Assembly (NCBI GenBank): GCA_951406725.2
Contig: OX597816.1
Span: forward strand, 177,506,001 to 177,570,000
Direction of reading: 5' to 3'
DNA length: 64,000 nt
DNA from: Octopus vulgaris
Taxonomy: Eukaryota
Each line of letters opens with the position of its first letter. Position 1 is the first letter of the stretch. The notes under the pieces are model-generated. The model was not told where the DNA came from. It made no database searches and saw nothing but the letters and a program-made list of their open reading frames with translations. Positions 1-16,705 of the stretch are shown piece by piece. A program made the translations under genes and the position numbers.

Positions 1-2386
1 AAAAGCTCAAATGCTTTAAATCTTTTCAATGATTTTTATAGTTTATGGAATGATTTATTTGCTAACAAAAACTATTTACTTGTGAAATATGAGGATCATT
101 TCTGTTCGACTGCCAGTGGCTGCCAGCGTCGATTTTCTGTTTGAATTGATTTCATATTCAGTGCAATGATACATTTTTATAGGCTGATTAATGACGTGAA
201 AGTAATTTTCGCTGTAAATCAATAAATAAAGAGTTATTAGTAATTAAAGTTTGAAAATTTTGGTAATTTAGCCAATCGGAAGCCACAGACACATTCATGT
301 CTGTTTCAATAGTAACAAGCTGAAACATGAGAACTCTTTGAAAAGTCTACGAAGCACGTGTTGATAGCAGTCTTGTTTACTGGTTTCTTTTTGTCATTGA
401 GCATTGAGGTAGTTGTGAGGTATGCTAAGAATAACAGCTAAATAAGATTTTTTTCGATAAATCTTTTAAATTAAAGTTTATTTGCCAACGCAAATAACGC
501 TCAGAGATTTAAAACTATTTTTCTCTTTTAAATTAACATAAACACTTATTTACATGAAAGAAAATTACCAGTGACATAACACATGTTTACAAATATTGAC
601 AACACCTACTATTTTCAGTATGTTGACGACCAAATATGCAGTCACGCACAAAATGACAGCTTCCAAATCCTGTTTCCTGACTGGGTGAAAATGATCAAAA
701 TTTAAACCTTTATAACATTTTAAAAACATTTTTCTGGAAAAAATGAAATAACACCAGCAATTCAGTTTTTGCAAGTGTACTATTGAGCCAAATTTTAAAA
801 TTTTCAGTAAACTTTAATTTTTTTGAGCAGCTGGTAACCAAACAAGAAAAGATCCGAATATGAAAATAATATTTGGACAAAACTTTGCAGAATATAGTAG
901 TCTGAACTACGAGTAAATTCTCATTTAATGTTTATATTGCCGTAAGTATTGAAAAAATATCGTCAAAGTGATCCTGTCAAAAAGATATACCATATGGAAA
1001 TATATTGTTTATTCAAAGTGTTAAATCTGAAAGATTCACACAAAGAAACAGGAAAGAAGAGATAGGAGAAAGGAAAAAAAGAAAAGGAAAGAAAAAGTTT
1101 GTGGGGAGGGGGATAAAGCAGCGGAAGTTGGAGTGGTTGAAAGGCTACATATCCGAGTGGGTGCTCAGCTGTCCCCCGCATTAATGACCGCGATGGCTTT
1201 ACCGTGAAGAATGGCCAGCGACACTCGCTGCAGCAGCCACTCCACCTCGTGGGGCTCTTTTCTCCGACGGGCCGCCGAACACAGAATTAAGGTTATATTC
1301 TTTACGTATTATTACATTATCCGTTCTTCATTCAATGATCCACCAGTTATCAATCCTAGAATTTCTTTCTCATCATAGTATAACACAACCACTTTTTTAA
1401 AAATACAGAATGAAATCATGAAATTTCAGTTATCCACAATCATATTATTCTGCATTTGATTCAATTTTCTAGACCCACCCATAATTCCAACTGTGTTTAT
1501 TTTTAGCCAATAGTTACTGGTAAAAATTCCCTATTTGCGTCAATGGTTACATTGATCAAGCACTACATTTCATTACATCAGCAAATACACAGCCTACTGC
1601 TTCTATTTATTTTCTAAGTATTATCAAAACTGCATTAAGAAGACATTGAATCATGCTACAGTAATGATATATTTCTTTCTTTAACACCCTCTTAAAATGG
1701 CATATACCTAAGAAATACTTATCATTTCCATCACTAGGGTTACAGCTTTTAGATCTCTGTTCCCTGAAGATTCATAAGAAAACCATTGATTTAATCAACA
1801 GATCTTTGTTGATTACAAAATTTGAAACGTTGGCTTCTTGTGTCATTTGTATATTTCTTGTTTCGAATGTATAACAAACTGATTGTTTTACAATCGAACA
1901 TACAGTGACTTACACTCACATGACACTTCGTATTCGTCAGCAACCGATCCAGCAACTGATAAACTTTTAAATATTCCAAGACCAGAAGTTAAAATTCTTA
2001 GGAAATGCAGCAAATAGCGACGATGAAAAAATATACTTATTATTGTCATTTTCTGTGATAATAAGAAATGAATAACAATATATATTCCATATATTCCTTG
2101 TGCTGCCTATTAAGATAAAAATTGCTTTAATACTGTGCTTCAGTTATGCATGGAGACTTTTTACAAACTAGTGACATGAACAACCCCTTAAAGTGTTAAC
2201 AAGGAGTAAATATGATATCTTAATTCTACAGTTATTTCCATGGGGTGTATTTAGAATGTAACTGGCTTTATAGCGTCATTTTCAATTTAATGAGATTATT
2301 ATCACCTAGTTAGTTCTGACCTAATATGTTGACTATCATTTTAGGAAAATTTCATCAGAAAATTCTATTTTAGCTTAATTCTGTAG

Positions 2387-2492
2387 GTATTGCGTAGTTG
2401 TTACTTGCTTCTCCCACGAAACAGTGTATCCTAACCCGGATGCTGAAACTGATTCTTATGGATTTTTGATGCTTTTATACTTTCGGAAAATG
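2387..2492 (+). other. Candidate internal exon (106 nt) of an unidentified, possibly non-coding, transcript
   Basis: The acceptor is ttaattctgtag|G and the donor is ATG|gtaagt. One frame is open (YCVVVTCFSHETVYPNPDAETDSYGFLMLLYFRKM). No homology is recognised. Confidence 0.3.
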
Positions 2493-2740
2493 GTAAGTGT
2501 TGGTGATACTAGATTTTGAACAAGATACCCCAGTGGTGTAGATCAAGTTCCGAATAATTTAATTAAAATCTGCCTAAGTTTTCCTCCTGAAGCACATTAT
2601 CAAATAGATCTCACTGATGTACCGATGTGTGTGTTTCTGTGTATGTGTGCGTGTGCGGGCGTGAGTGTATGTGTGCGCCTATGTGCGCGTGTAAGTATGT
2701 GTGCATATATATATTTATACATGTATGCATGCGTGTATAT

Positions 2741-2815
<75 letters not shown>

Positions 2816-4878
2816 TACATACACACATATATATACATACATATATATAAACATACATACATATATATAAGTGCATGTGAGAGTATGTATATATGAATAT
2901 GAGTGCGTAAATAGGTATACTATGAAACATATTTGAGTGCGTTATAAGTGTGTGTGTGTGTGTGAGAGAGAGAGTGTGTGAGTGAGGGAGTTTGCATATG
3001 TGAGTTTCTATGGTGATGATATATGATCTCAGCAACAGTATACTTGTTGACATTTCTGTCTGTTTGTTTATACAATTTTAGACGATTTTATATGGATTCT
3101 TTAAATATTCATGTATAAAATCGCATCTCGATTTCATAACCAAAAACTGCGTCTTACCTCAACTAGTTAACAAATTTTGTAGTATTTTTCTTCCTCTGGA
3201 GTATAATAGTAACGACGGTGGAATCATCGGTTTATTTAAAAGCAAAAATAAATAAATAAATAAATAAAATAATAAAATAAGGAAAGTGAGAAAAATGTAT
3301 TTTTGATATTTTTTCTATGCGAGCGACTGAAAGAGACGTTTGACATTTACGTTTCTATTTGTTTTGGTTCAGGGTTATTTTTTAACTTTTATTTTAATTC
3401 TAGATTGTGCCTGTGTAAGGAGAAAGAATGAGGAAGCCTGGTATATTGGTGTGATTTGATACCATGTGGACAACATGTGTAGGTGCAATCACTTGTGAAA
3501 AGAAAAAAAAAAGCAGCATTCTCGTGAAATACTCTGCTTGCTAAAAGTTTGTTCACTGTCACTTGAACTATTGACAATACTAAATGTGCACACTGGTACA
3601 TGGAAAAGTAAAGTGATAAGTCATGATGGAATTGATACCATAACTTAAGTGAAATTATCTAAGTTAAAAACAATATTTTAACTAGTAATCAGTTAACCGA
3701 TAGCTTTGATTTTCCTCAACGGGGTAAATAAAGGCATTCAATGTTGGCCATGTGGAATTTACACATATCATGTGCTCCGTGGATTTCTACATGTCTCTTC
3801 CGCAGAACGGGAGTCGAGCGTATGGATTATTTCTCTGCTCATGAAATATCGCTTTATAAACAATGTTTTAAAATATAATTGATTTGTGACAGCTTTTTTA
3901 AAAGAAACTTTCGGTAGTTTATTAATATTTAATCACTACAAGCTTTCGTTAAAAAGTTTGAAAGTGATTCACTCCCTCCCCCATTAAAAATTCTAAGTTC
4001 TAAACTCCATCGTGTCCCCTTCCTTTTCTTGTTATTTTTTCAAGGCTCTTTGCTCAGTCACAGAGATCTTCAGTATCTTCCTTTCTTGATTTCACATAAA
4101 CTTTATGGTCTCTGCACAAGCGGGATTTTCATCCTCTTGTATCTCATCTTACACCAAATTTTTCCACAGCGTCTTAGACTAATATCAATCAACTGGCGAG
4201 AGAACATGGCAACCACAGTTAAGCTGCTTCAGAGCTTAACAAGGAGCTCCAAAATACTAACATACCGCAGTCCAACAAAGCCAAATATCTTAAATCAGAT
4301 TAAATTGCAATCGTCATCATAAAATCATAGCTTATAACATCTGTAGGAAATTTCTTTTTGATGGGAAAAATCAACAAGCAAAGACGTTCTTTATAAATTC
4401 AGAGCAATGAAGTTCTGAATAAACTGAAAACAAATAAGGATGAATGAGTATCATGCAAACTACATCAGCTGCTGTATTCGTGGTTATGTTTAAAGACTGA
4501 AGTAAACGTAGAACTTGTAGTTTAGAGTAATTTACTTTAGAACACTAGCACATCTTTCTCGGTGTAGTGAGATGAGTTAGGGAGATAGATTTACTAAAAA
4601 TGTCATGCCAAGAGTTTTGACAAATTACTTGAGTAAGGTTGAACTAACCACAGAAAATTAACAGATTTTTCTGTCACCTCCCAGCCAAGTATTTTTGAGA
4701 TAAAAAAAGAGTATTGACGTGATTAATGAAAATGGTAGCGCTCAAGCTGCCAATGATCGCAGTAATCTTTTTGCTTTCAGATTGTTAATAAAAGAGTGGG
4801 TGAAGTGTTGAGAAAAATCAACAAATAGAAAGATGACTATTTGGCTGTGAAACATCAAGAGAGCAAGAAATAGTGTAA

Positions 4879-4880
<2 letters not shown>

Positions 4881-4975
<95 letters not shown>

Positions 4976-5002
4976 AGTGTGTGAGTGTGTGTGTGTGTGT
5001 GT
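4881..5002. repeat. (GT)n microsatellite
   Basis: Seen directly. Confidence 0.97.
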
Positions 5003-5639
5003 ATCAAGTACGTGCTGCGAGTAAATAATCTGGGCATGCAATAAATTGTCACCAAAAGCTTATAGTTGAAATAATTTCTAAATAGATACTTACGTACAAA
5101 TAAATATGTGCACGTGTGTGCGTGTGCATGTGTGTACTCATTGTTAATGTGTTACACCCTAACACGAAATAAAACATACTAGGAAATTAGTTCAATCATT
5201 AGATGCAAAGCACACAGCAATGCATCACACACTAATATACTACACTAGTAACACTAAGCAAAAGCAAACATTCATATGTATCATTCAAACCAGCTCTCCG
5301 GTTTGAGTATAACTTTCAACCTTCCCCACTTACCTGTAAGGGGTCATAATGCAGCCTTCAGAAGCACCATCCGATTGAAATTCTAAAAAAAAAAAACACT
5401 ACATATTTAACATAAGCTGTATGTTTAGAATATTTAATATACTGGAGCATTAAACTTGAAATCACAAATATGTATGTGATGAGAAAATGATAATTCAATG
5501 ACTAATATATTAATTATTGGCACAATCAAGAAATACAGCTCGATACATGTTTTTAGTCATTGAGCTAACACCTTTTCCGTGCTGCATAGGTATTTATAAT
5601 TTGATTCATTTATGCTTCCTATTTCAAATATATTCTTTT

Positions 5640-5755
5640 TATTCTAGGCACAAAGCTCGAAATTTTTGGGGAGGGGGCCAGTCGATTAAATCGACGCAAC
5701 CGGTACTTAATTTATCGACCCCGAAATGAGGAAAAGCAAAGTCGACCTCGGCAGA
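5640..5755 (-). mobile_element. SINE family B 3' fragment
   Basis: ggtacttaatttatcgaccccgaa..gcaaagtcgacctcggc. Confidence 0.8.
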
Positions 5756-6407
5756 CTATTTCAAATATATTAACATTAGATTTACTAACAAAAGTTATAC
5801 ATATCAAAAGAATAGCATTTCCTCATAATGGTGTCTAATCTGGTTATCAGTTTTCAGTCAATTTGTTGCTAAAGGAAATTTTTTTTATCACTAGGTTATA
5901 TTTCGAGCATGTATTTGTGAGATATTTGCATGAAAATGAATTGGAAAGTCGCCGACACATGAGCAGCGGTCTTCATTGGCTTGAATGTATGAGCAATTTT
6001 TCTCTTTTCGAGTCAGGTTAAATGTACCCCAAGGTTAATACAGATTCTTGGGTGGCCACCGCCTGTTCCTTGGATGACCTTAGCGATCAGACTGTCAGTA
6101 TTGAACCCAATAATTCCATCGCCCAGAAGAGCTTCCAAATGTTATGGACACTATTTCTCCTCTAATGCCTGAACTACAAACATTTTAAAATCAGTTACAT
6201 AATATATTTTTACATTAATCTGTACATATCATTTCCGTTAAATTAACAGCAAGTCTCTCTCTCTCTTTATATACATATATATATATATATATGTATATGT
6301 ATGTACGTATATGTATGTATATATATATGTATAAATATATGTATGTGTGTGTATATATGTGTATATATATATGTATGTGTGTATATATATATATGTATAT
6401 ATGTATG

Positions 6408-6441
<34 letters not shown>

Positions 6442-6471
6442 TGTATGTATGTATGTATGTATGTATGTATG

Positions 6472-6533
<62 letters not shown>

Positions 6534-6905
6534 AAACAGACATATGTATTAGTATAGCGCTCAGGAATAGAAAAATTCTTTTACGTTTCGAGCCTATGCT
6601 CTTCTACAGAAAGGGACACAGAAAAAACAAGGAGAGAAAAAATGTGTGTAGTGGCTAACGATCTATCATGGCGACTATATATATATATGTAGTCTTTTAT
6701 TCTTTTACTCTTTTACTCGTTTCAGTCATTTGACTGAGGCCATACTAGAGCTGTGACTTTTCTTAAAAAATAGGCTGCTCTAACGTAGAGAGCAATGCCC
6801 ATGTTGGTAAAACATTTTCTTTGTCTATCTTCTTATCTTCTTGGAGATTTTGGATAAAATTATACTAATGTGTCCTTGAAATTTAATTAAATTCTATATT
6901 TTTTC

Positions 6906-6992
6906 TGCAGCTGAAGATTGCTCTACATTTTAAATTGATGTAATGTTTGCATTGTTCAATTAAATGGAGTCGCATGAAACGATCGTACTGCA
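6906..6992 (+). ncRNA. Type I hammerhead ribozyme
   Basis: tgcag-CTGAAGA-[long imperfect stem II]-GAAA-cgatc-GTA-ctgca. Stem I is tgcag/ctgca and stem III is the palindrome ACGATCGT. Confidence 0.75.
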
Positions 6993-7124
6993 TTACCTCT
7001 GGATATCCTTGTTGCTTATTTTGATTATTTTAAATTGTATGAATAATACCATACTAAATTCTGGTGCCTCAAATTAAGTACCATATTCATCTGAATCTAA
7101 ATTTTTACTGAACTACCACATCTA

Positions 7125-7552
<428 letters not shown>

Positions 7553-7554
7553 AA

Positions 7555-8011
7555 CTCCACGTTAGTTTATAGTAGTGATGAAGAAGTGGTTCTACTATCT
7601 GCAAGTACAATTCTAGAAGGCCTCCAAACAGCCAGTAAACTTGGAAATCATTTTATTACAAAGGGTAACAAAGTTGAACGATCTGCGATATTCCAACGTG
7701 ATTTGAAAATGATTATGGCACGTTATGAAGAATCATATAAAGAACTAACAAAAACAAAATCACAGCATCTGATAACCGTATTTAAAACCAGTGAAAGAGA
7801 AACATAAGACTTTAATTTTATTCAAGATACTCATGAAGATATATCGCCATTAAATATTTCCAGTGACGAGAGTGATCTTGCGCCACCGAAAAACGACAGA
7901 AAGCGGGCACATTTACTGTCTAGTAGTGACACTAATTGACAGAATGCTTGTTATATGTATAAAAAAATTCAAGGTATTTATACATGAGAATTAACATATT
8001 TTTATTAAATA
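7555..8011 (+). mobile_element. Tigger/pogo-like transposase C-terminal remnant; the element continues at 11333-11447
   Basis: VERSAIFQRDLKMIMARYEESYKELTKTKSQHLITVF resembles Tigger C-termini. Confidence 0.65.
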
Positions 8012-11332
<3,321 letters not shown>

Positions 11333-11447
11333 TATTTGAATGGTACCTGTCTCTAATTTTCATATATACACAGTATATTTTTTAAAGGTTTTTATTTTGC
11401 ACGATAGTCTCTGGAACGTATCCCCCGTACAAAAAGAGAAGTGAGTG
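11333..11447 (+). mobile_element. Right end/TIR of the Tigger-like element
   Basis: ctggaacgtatcccccgtacaaaaagagaagtgagtg|TA resembles Tigger right termini followed by a TA TSD. Confidence 0.55.
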
Positions 11448-11572
11448 TATACAAACATATATACATACATACATACATAAAATGACAAAATTGCGGGTGT
11501 TAAGTCCCCATGAAGGGGTCTTTACAACTTATAAGAAGATGAAATTACATATATAAACACACGCGCGCACAA

Positions 11573-11603
<31 letters not shown>

Positions 11604-11622
11604 CATACACGCACACACAAAG

Positions 11623-11703
<81 letters not shown>

Positions 11704-11704
<1 letters not shown>

Positions 11705-13300
11705 GGAGAGTTTTTTCCGGGTCTTTCATAATGTCATTAATTAGTATTACTACTATTTTGTGTGCGGACGATAGTGATGAGAGCCAGAAATTTGACACTC
11801 TGTCAATACCAGGGGATTTCCACTTATGAGCCTTCGTTAGTGTCCTCCTTAGGTCGGCGATTGAGATGTCCTCCAATACCTGTTCTTGTAGATTTTTGTA
11901 GGCATCTTGGATGCGTTTGATCCACTCTGCATTTTCATTGTATGGTTTCTCATCACTCCAGATCTCTTTCCAAAAGTTTTCAACTTCTTCCATTAGGGGT
12001 GGATTTTCAATGGTTATTTTTTTTTTTTGCCTATTTCCCTGTAAAATGATTTGGTATCGGATTTGAACATCTTATTTTGTTTGTAGAATTTGATTCTTTT
12101 CTCAAATCTGCGTATTTTCTGAGCTTTTGCCTGAACTTTTCGTTTAAGTGTTTCTTTCGCTGACATTAGTTCTGCTCTTGTTGAGAGTCCATATTTTATC
12201 ACAATCTTCCTGCCTTTTCTTGATCTTATACAATTTCCAGAGATTAGCTCAGTTAATATTGATATCTCCCTTCGCAATGATTCAATTTCAGTTTCAATTC
12301 TACTCCTCCAGTTTGATTTTCATTTCGAATTTGGTATTGTTGGCTTTTGGGGCGTTAAACAGCGTCTTTCGATTACCTTAGCAACAGAGTAAATAATTTC
12401 AATTAACTTATTTAGATCGGGTTTTAGTTGTTGTATGATTTCTTGTGTAACGCAGTTGCCAATTTTTATTTGTGTTTTATGTTGGTGTGCATTTGAGAGT
12501 TTATGGAGTGGTTCCCTATCATTCATATTTGTATGCCCTACAACTGCAAGCTCATTCAGAACTTCCTGCTTCATTTCAATGATAGGTTTTCTGTGTTGTA
12601 CAGCAAATATGTGGTCTTCAAATTCTGTTTCGACATCATTTTCCTGGCTGTTTTTTCTAGGGTCATTATATTTTCCTCCTTCTTCAGGCTCTTGGAGTGG
12701 TGTCGGCAGATTGTCGCCTTTCAGTCCATGCTTGTGGTCCAACATTCCTCTCCTCAGCTTTGTTATTTCTTTCCTGACTTACATTTAGGTCATTCTCTAC
12801 CACTTTTTTAATAGAGGTTAATTCTGCCTCTGTGAGTCTGGTATTTCTGAAGATATCTCTTCTAACATTTGCTAATCTGTTTTCATCTAGGTTTGGTCTG
12901 CTAGCTGGATTCCGGCTCCTCCAAATTCTGTAGGGGTTTGCAGTGTGTTTCTCTTGGGTTGGCCTACTTAATGCAAAGTAATAAACATATATTACTTCTT
13001 TATATTTTTCCCGGTTCCATTTAGTTCTTTTACTTTTTTGATTTTCTGGTCGTTGTGGTGGTGAACTTTGGGGGCTTAATTTGGGACAAATCCCGTTTAA
13101 GTGACCTTCCAGGTTCGTATTCGGGGAAGATATTCTGCCATTTGAAAATTTTTCGCCATCAGGCTGGCAGCCTCCTGACGGGCGCACTTCCTGTATTGGA
13201 CAAACGATTCGGTGAAGTGTTAGAAATTTTCTTTTCAAGTAAAGTTAAATTATTATTAAGTTTTCATTTAAGAAAGAATAAAATAAAATAAAGAAAAAAA
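11704..13300 (-). mobile_element. R4/Dong element 5' part (same family as 39687-42965), 3'-truncated
   Basis: 11704-12677 is nearly identical to 41994-42964. It carries the extra N-terminal domain KSKRTKWNRE..YRIWRSRNP..RLANVRRDI..LTEAEL. The 5' junction lies in TAA repeats near 13300. Confidence 0.9.
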
Positions 13301-13315
13301 TTATTATTATTATTT

Positions 13316-15033
13316 TTATTGTTTTTTTTTTACATTATTATAATTAATCATATTATTATTACTATTATTATTATTAGCATTATCATTATTACCATTACTA
13401 TTATTATATTTCTTTATAATATTATTAAAATTAAATTTATAATTATAATTAACATTTATTGAATTAATATGAAAATTTGTCTTATTTTTAATTTTATTTT
13501 TATTTTTATAATTACTACAATTACTACTAATATGACTAACATAATTATTATAATTATTATTAGTATTTATATCTTTATATTTATTAAAAAAATTAATATT
13601 ACTATTATAGCCTGCCTCTCGTAGGGCCTCATTGTAATAAGGTACATGTTTATTAAAAATCTCTAAATCATAAGAAAGTAATGATATACGTTTACGTATA
13701 TTATTAATCAACGATTTTTTAATTGATGGTGGGTGATTACTATTAACATTTATATATCTAACGTTTTCATTAAATTTATGATATGGTTGTGTTTTACCCA
13801 TTATTAGATTAAAATTAACATCTAAATAATTAACATTATAATTCTCATTATATATATTAATACTTAAACCATATCTTTTAAAGAAAATATAAAGTTTTTT
13901 CTTATATAATTCTAGGTTCCTATTAGTGCAATTCTTAGTAATTAATAAAAGGTCATCCCTATATAAACCACCCTCTAGTTTTAAATTTTCTAATTGAAGT
14001 TCAGATAATAGATAAATACCTACCAAATCTGTAGCGTGTGCAGAATCAGGTGCCCCCATAGGTATATCAAAATATTCCCTAGTATCCTTCCTAGCCCATA
14101 ATTTATTATTGTATCTAATAAACGATTTCCTAGCCATTCTAATTACATTAACCTCTTCAAAAGTCATTCCCACTTTATTCATTGCGTATATTAGGGCCTT
14201 ATTAAATACAATTTCATTAATAGAAGAATAATAATTATCTATATCTAATTGAATAAATTTATATCGATACTTTTCTTTAATATTATTAAAGCAATTTAAA
14301 GTATCATTATTACTAAACCATAATTTTAGGTAGTTAAATTTAATTAATTTATTAATATATTTATCTAAAATTAGTTTACTCAATTTTCCAAGGTCTGATT
14401 TACATGGACAAATTAATCTAACTTTAGGATCTGAATGAAAATTATCTTTATGGTCTTTCAAAGTAATTCTAGGGTGCATAGGTACATAAGGTTCAGTTTT
14501 ATTATCAACTCATATTTCATCATAATTAATTTAGAGGCCTTATTTATAAAGTGTACTATCTGGAACAATTTTATATTTTTAATTATGTCTTTCTCTAAAA
14601 GGTTATCATATAATTTAACATCCAGTTTATATAGATTCCTAGTTTTATCTAATTGTACAATAATACCATCCATAATTCTCATTTCTTTAATTTTAAAAGC
14701 TAAATTTCTTAAATATTCATTATGTCTGTTTGGGTATTTATGAAATTTAATGTTTTTCATCACCTTCCAAATATTATCTTCTAAGATCTGTAAATCTCTA
14801 TTATACGGAGGATCTTTTTTAGATTTAAAATTAGAAGTAAAATCATTATCATTCATAATATCATTAAAATTAGATATATTATAGTTATAATAGTAGTCTT
14901 TCCATTTAAGCCTAGAAACAAAATCCTTAATATTATTAATAAGTTTCAAAATATATTCTTTGCTAGAGGGTATAGGAATATTCTTCAAAGATGAATTCCA
15001 AAATAGCGGTTCTATCTTACCTGTAAATTCCAT
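13316..15033 (-). pseudogene. Penelope-like element reverse transcriptase (Naiad-like signature), one frameshift, very AT-rich, ending in an Asn-rich linker
   Basis: Motifs SLKNIPIP..FVSRLKWK, DKTRNLY, ITLKDHKDNF..PKVRLICPCKS, FIQLDIDNYYSSI, FDIPMGAPD, GLYRDD, VNYLDV and YINVNSNHPPSI. The clade assignment is from recalled motifs. Confidence 0.88.
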
Positions 15034-15404
15034 AACTTACGAAATTGAGATATTACACTCAATAAACGTAATTTATCAATATATTAATTATAATAATAAT
15101 AATATTAGGGAGTAAATCCAAACTTACAGGGAAAAATTAGATATAGTATTAAATCTAATTTCACAGTATAAATATAAATTAAATTGGAGATAAAACCACT
15201 ATTAGGCAAATCAAACAGTGAAAAACATAAACCAAAACATAAAAATAAAAATAATTAATATAACATACAAAATATATAAAATATAAAATTTAAAATTTAA
15301 ATTATACATATATAATTTGTATACATTTGTATATATAATGCGTACACACACACACATATATATAATGCGTACACACACACACACATATATATATAATGCG
15401 TATA

Positions 15405-16142
15405 TATATATATAATGTGTGCATTATGTGGTCGGTTGAGCTGAAAATATGCACACCTATGTTAAAAGTGCTAGCGAGTTTGCATGGCAACTATTTTCTT
15501 TCTCAAATGAAAGGTGTGACCTCTAGGACAAAATTCCTCATCTTATAAACTATGGCCCAAGTAGACCTGAATGAAATCGGGTTATATTAAGCAAAATGTC
15601 GTGAGAAAAAATCACTTCAAAACTTGGTGTTCAGGAATTTTCTTTACATCAAGTTCAACATTTTACGCCAGCCATTAAACTGCCACTACGTTGCTGTCCG
15701 TCGTTAAGAAATGCCAGCCATGGTGACTCTACTATCCTCAGATTCTATCCCTTCAAACTTTGGTTTCCAATATTTTAAAAATTTTATTCAGCTCGCAAGT
15801 TCGTCTTTCCCTTTTAAATGTTAGTGTTTTGCTGTCTGTCTTGAAGCAGACCTTTCCGTTGTCACTGCCTGATATTTATGATTGTTGTTTCAAAATATTT
15901 TCTTTCTCAACTTACTCAAGTTTTTTGTTGTTTATAAATGGGAGATAGATAGATAGAGAAAGATAGAGAGTAAGAGAAAGCGAGGGAGAGTCCGAGAGAA
16001 ATGAAGAGTAAGAGAGTGGGGAAGTGAGAGAGAAAGAAGAGAGAAACAAAGAGGGAGAATGTGGTGATAAAAAGAGGAAAGGAAGCAACAGAAAGTAACA
16101 ACCACACTCTTACCCGCACGTAGAGCGGGTCACCTTAAGCTA

Positions 16143-16143
<1 letters not shown>
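15405..16143 (+). mobile_element. Non-autonomous Helitron-like element
   Basis: The 3' hairpin acccgc-acgtaga-gcgggt is followed by CTAG|T. The 5' boundary is obscured by TA repeat. Confidence 0.6.
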
Positions 16144-16197
<54 letters not shown>

Positions 16198-16463
16198 CTA
16201 ATCGCCAGTTTTATATTCTAATCTAGAATACATGGTTGTTCATCTTCACTTCTTTCTTCAGCATGATAATCAAGATGATTATGTTTCCTTTATATATATT
16301 TCGTTTGGGATAACATTCCAATTTGGAAAATAAGATATTTGTTATTATTAGTACAACTAGCAACCTCGCATGTATCAATTTACTACACATTAACGGAAAT
16401 AGCCATCCACTCCTCATTTATTATTCTATCCAACTTATACAATTTCACAACTATTTACCTATC

Positions 16464-16543
<80 letters not shown>

Positions 16544-16555
16544 TATACATATATG

Positions 16556-16598
<43 letters not shown>

Positions 16599-16644
16599 GT
16601 ATATACATATATATATACATATATGTATATATATAATATGTGTG

Positions 16645-16690
<46 letters not shown>

Positions 16691-16705
16691 ATGTGTGTGT
16701 GTATA

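Noticed and set aside
4232-4321. Minus-strand box C (ATGATGA) and box D (CTGA) suggesting a C/D snoRNA
   Set aside because: There is no terminal stem, no clear C' box, and no convincing rRNA-complementary guide.
5950-6175. GC-richer segment with short open frames on both strands
   Set aside because: There is no recognisable protein motif or consistent splice-site pair.
13316-15033. Organellar or foreign origin suggested by extreme AT content
   Set aside because: The motifs are those of a Penelope-like RT in the standard code, not a group II intron maturase or mitochondrial gene.
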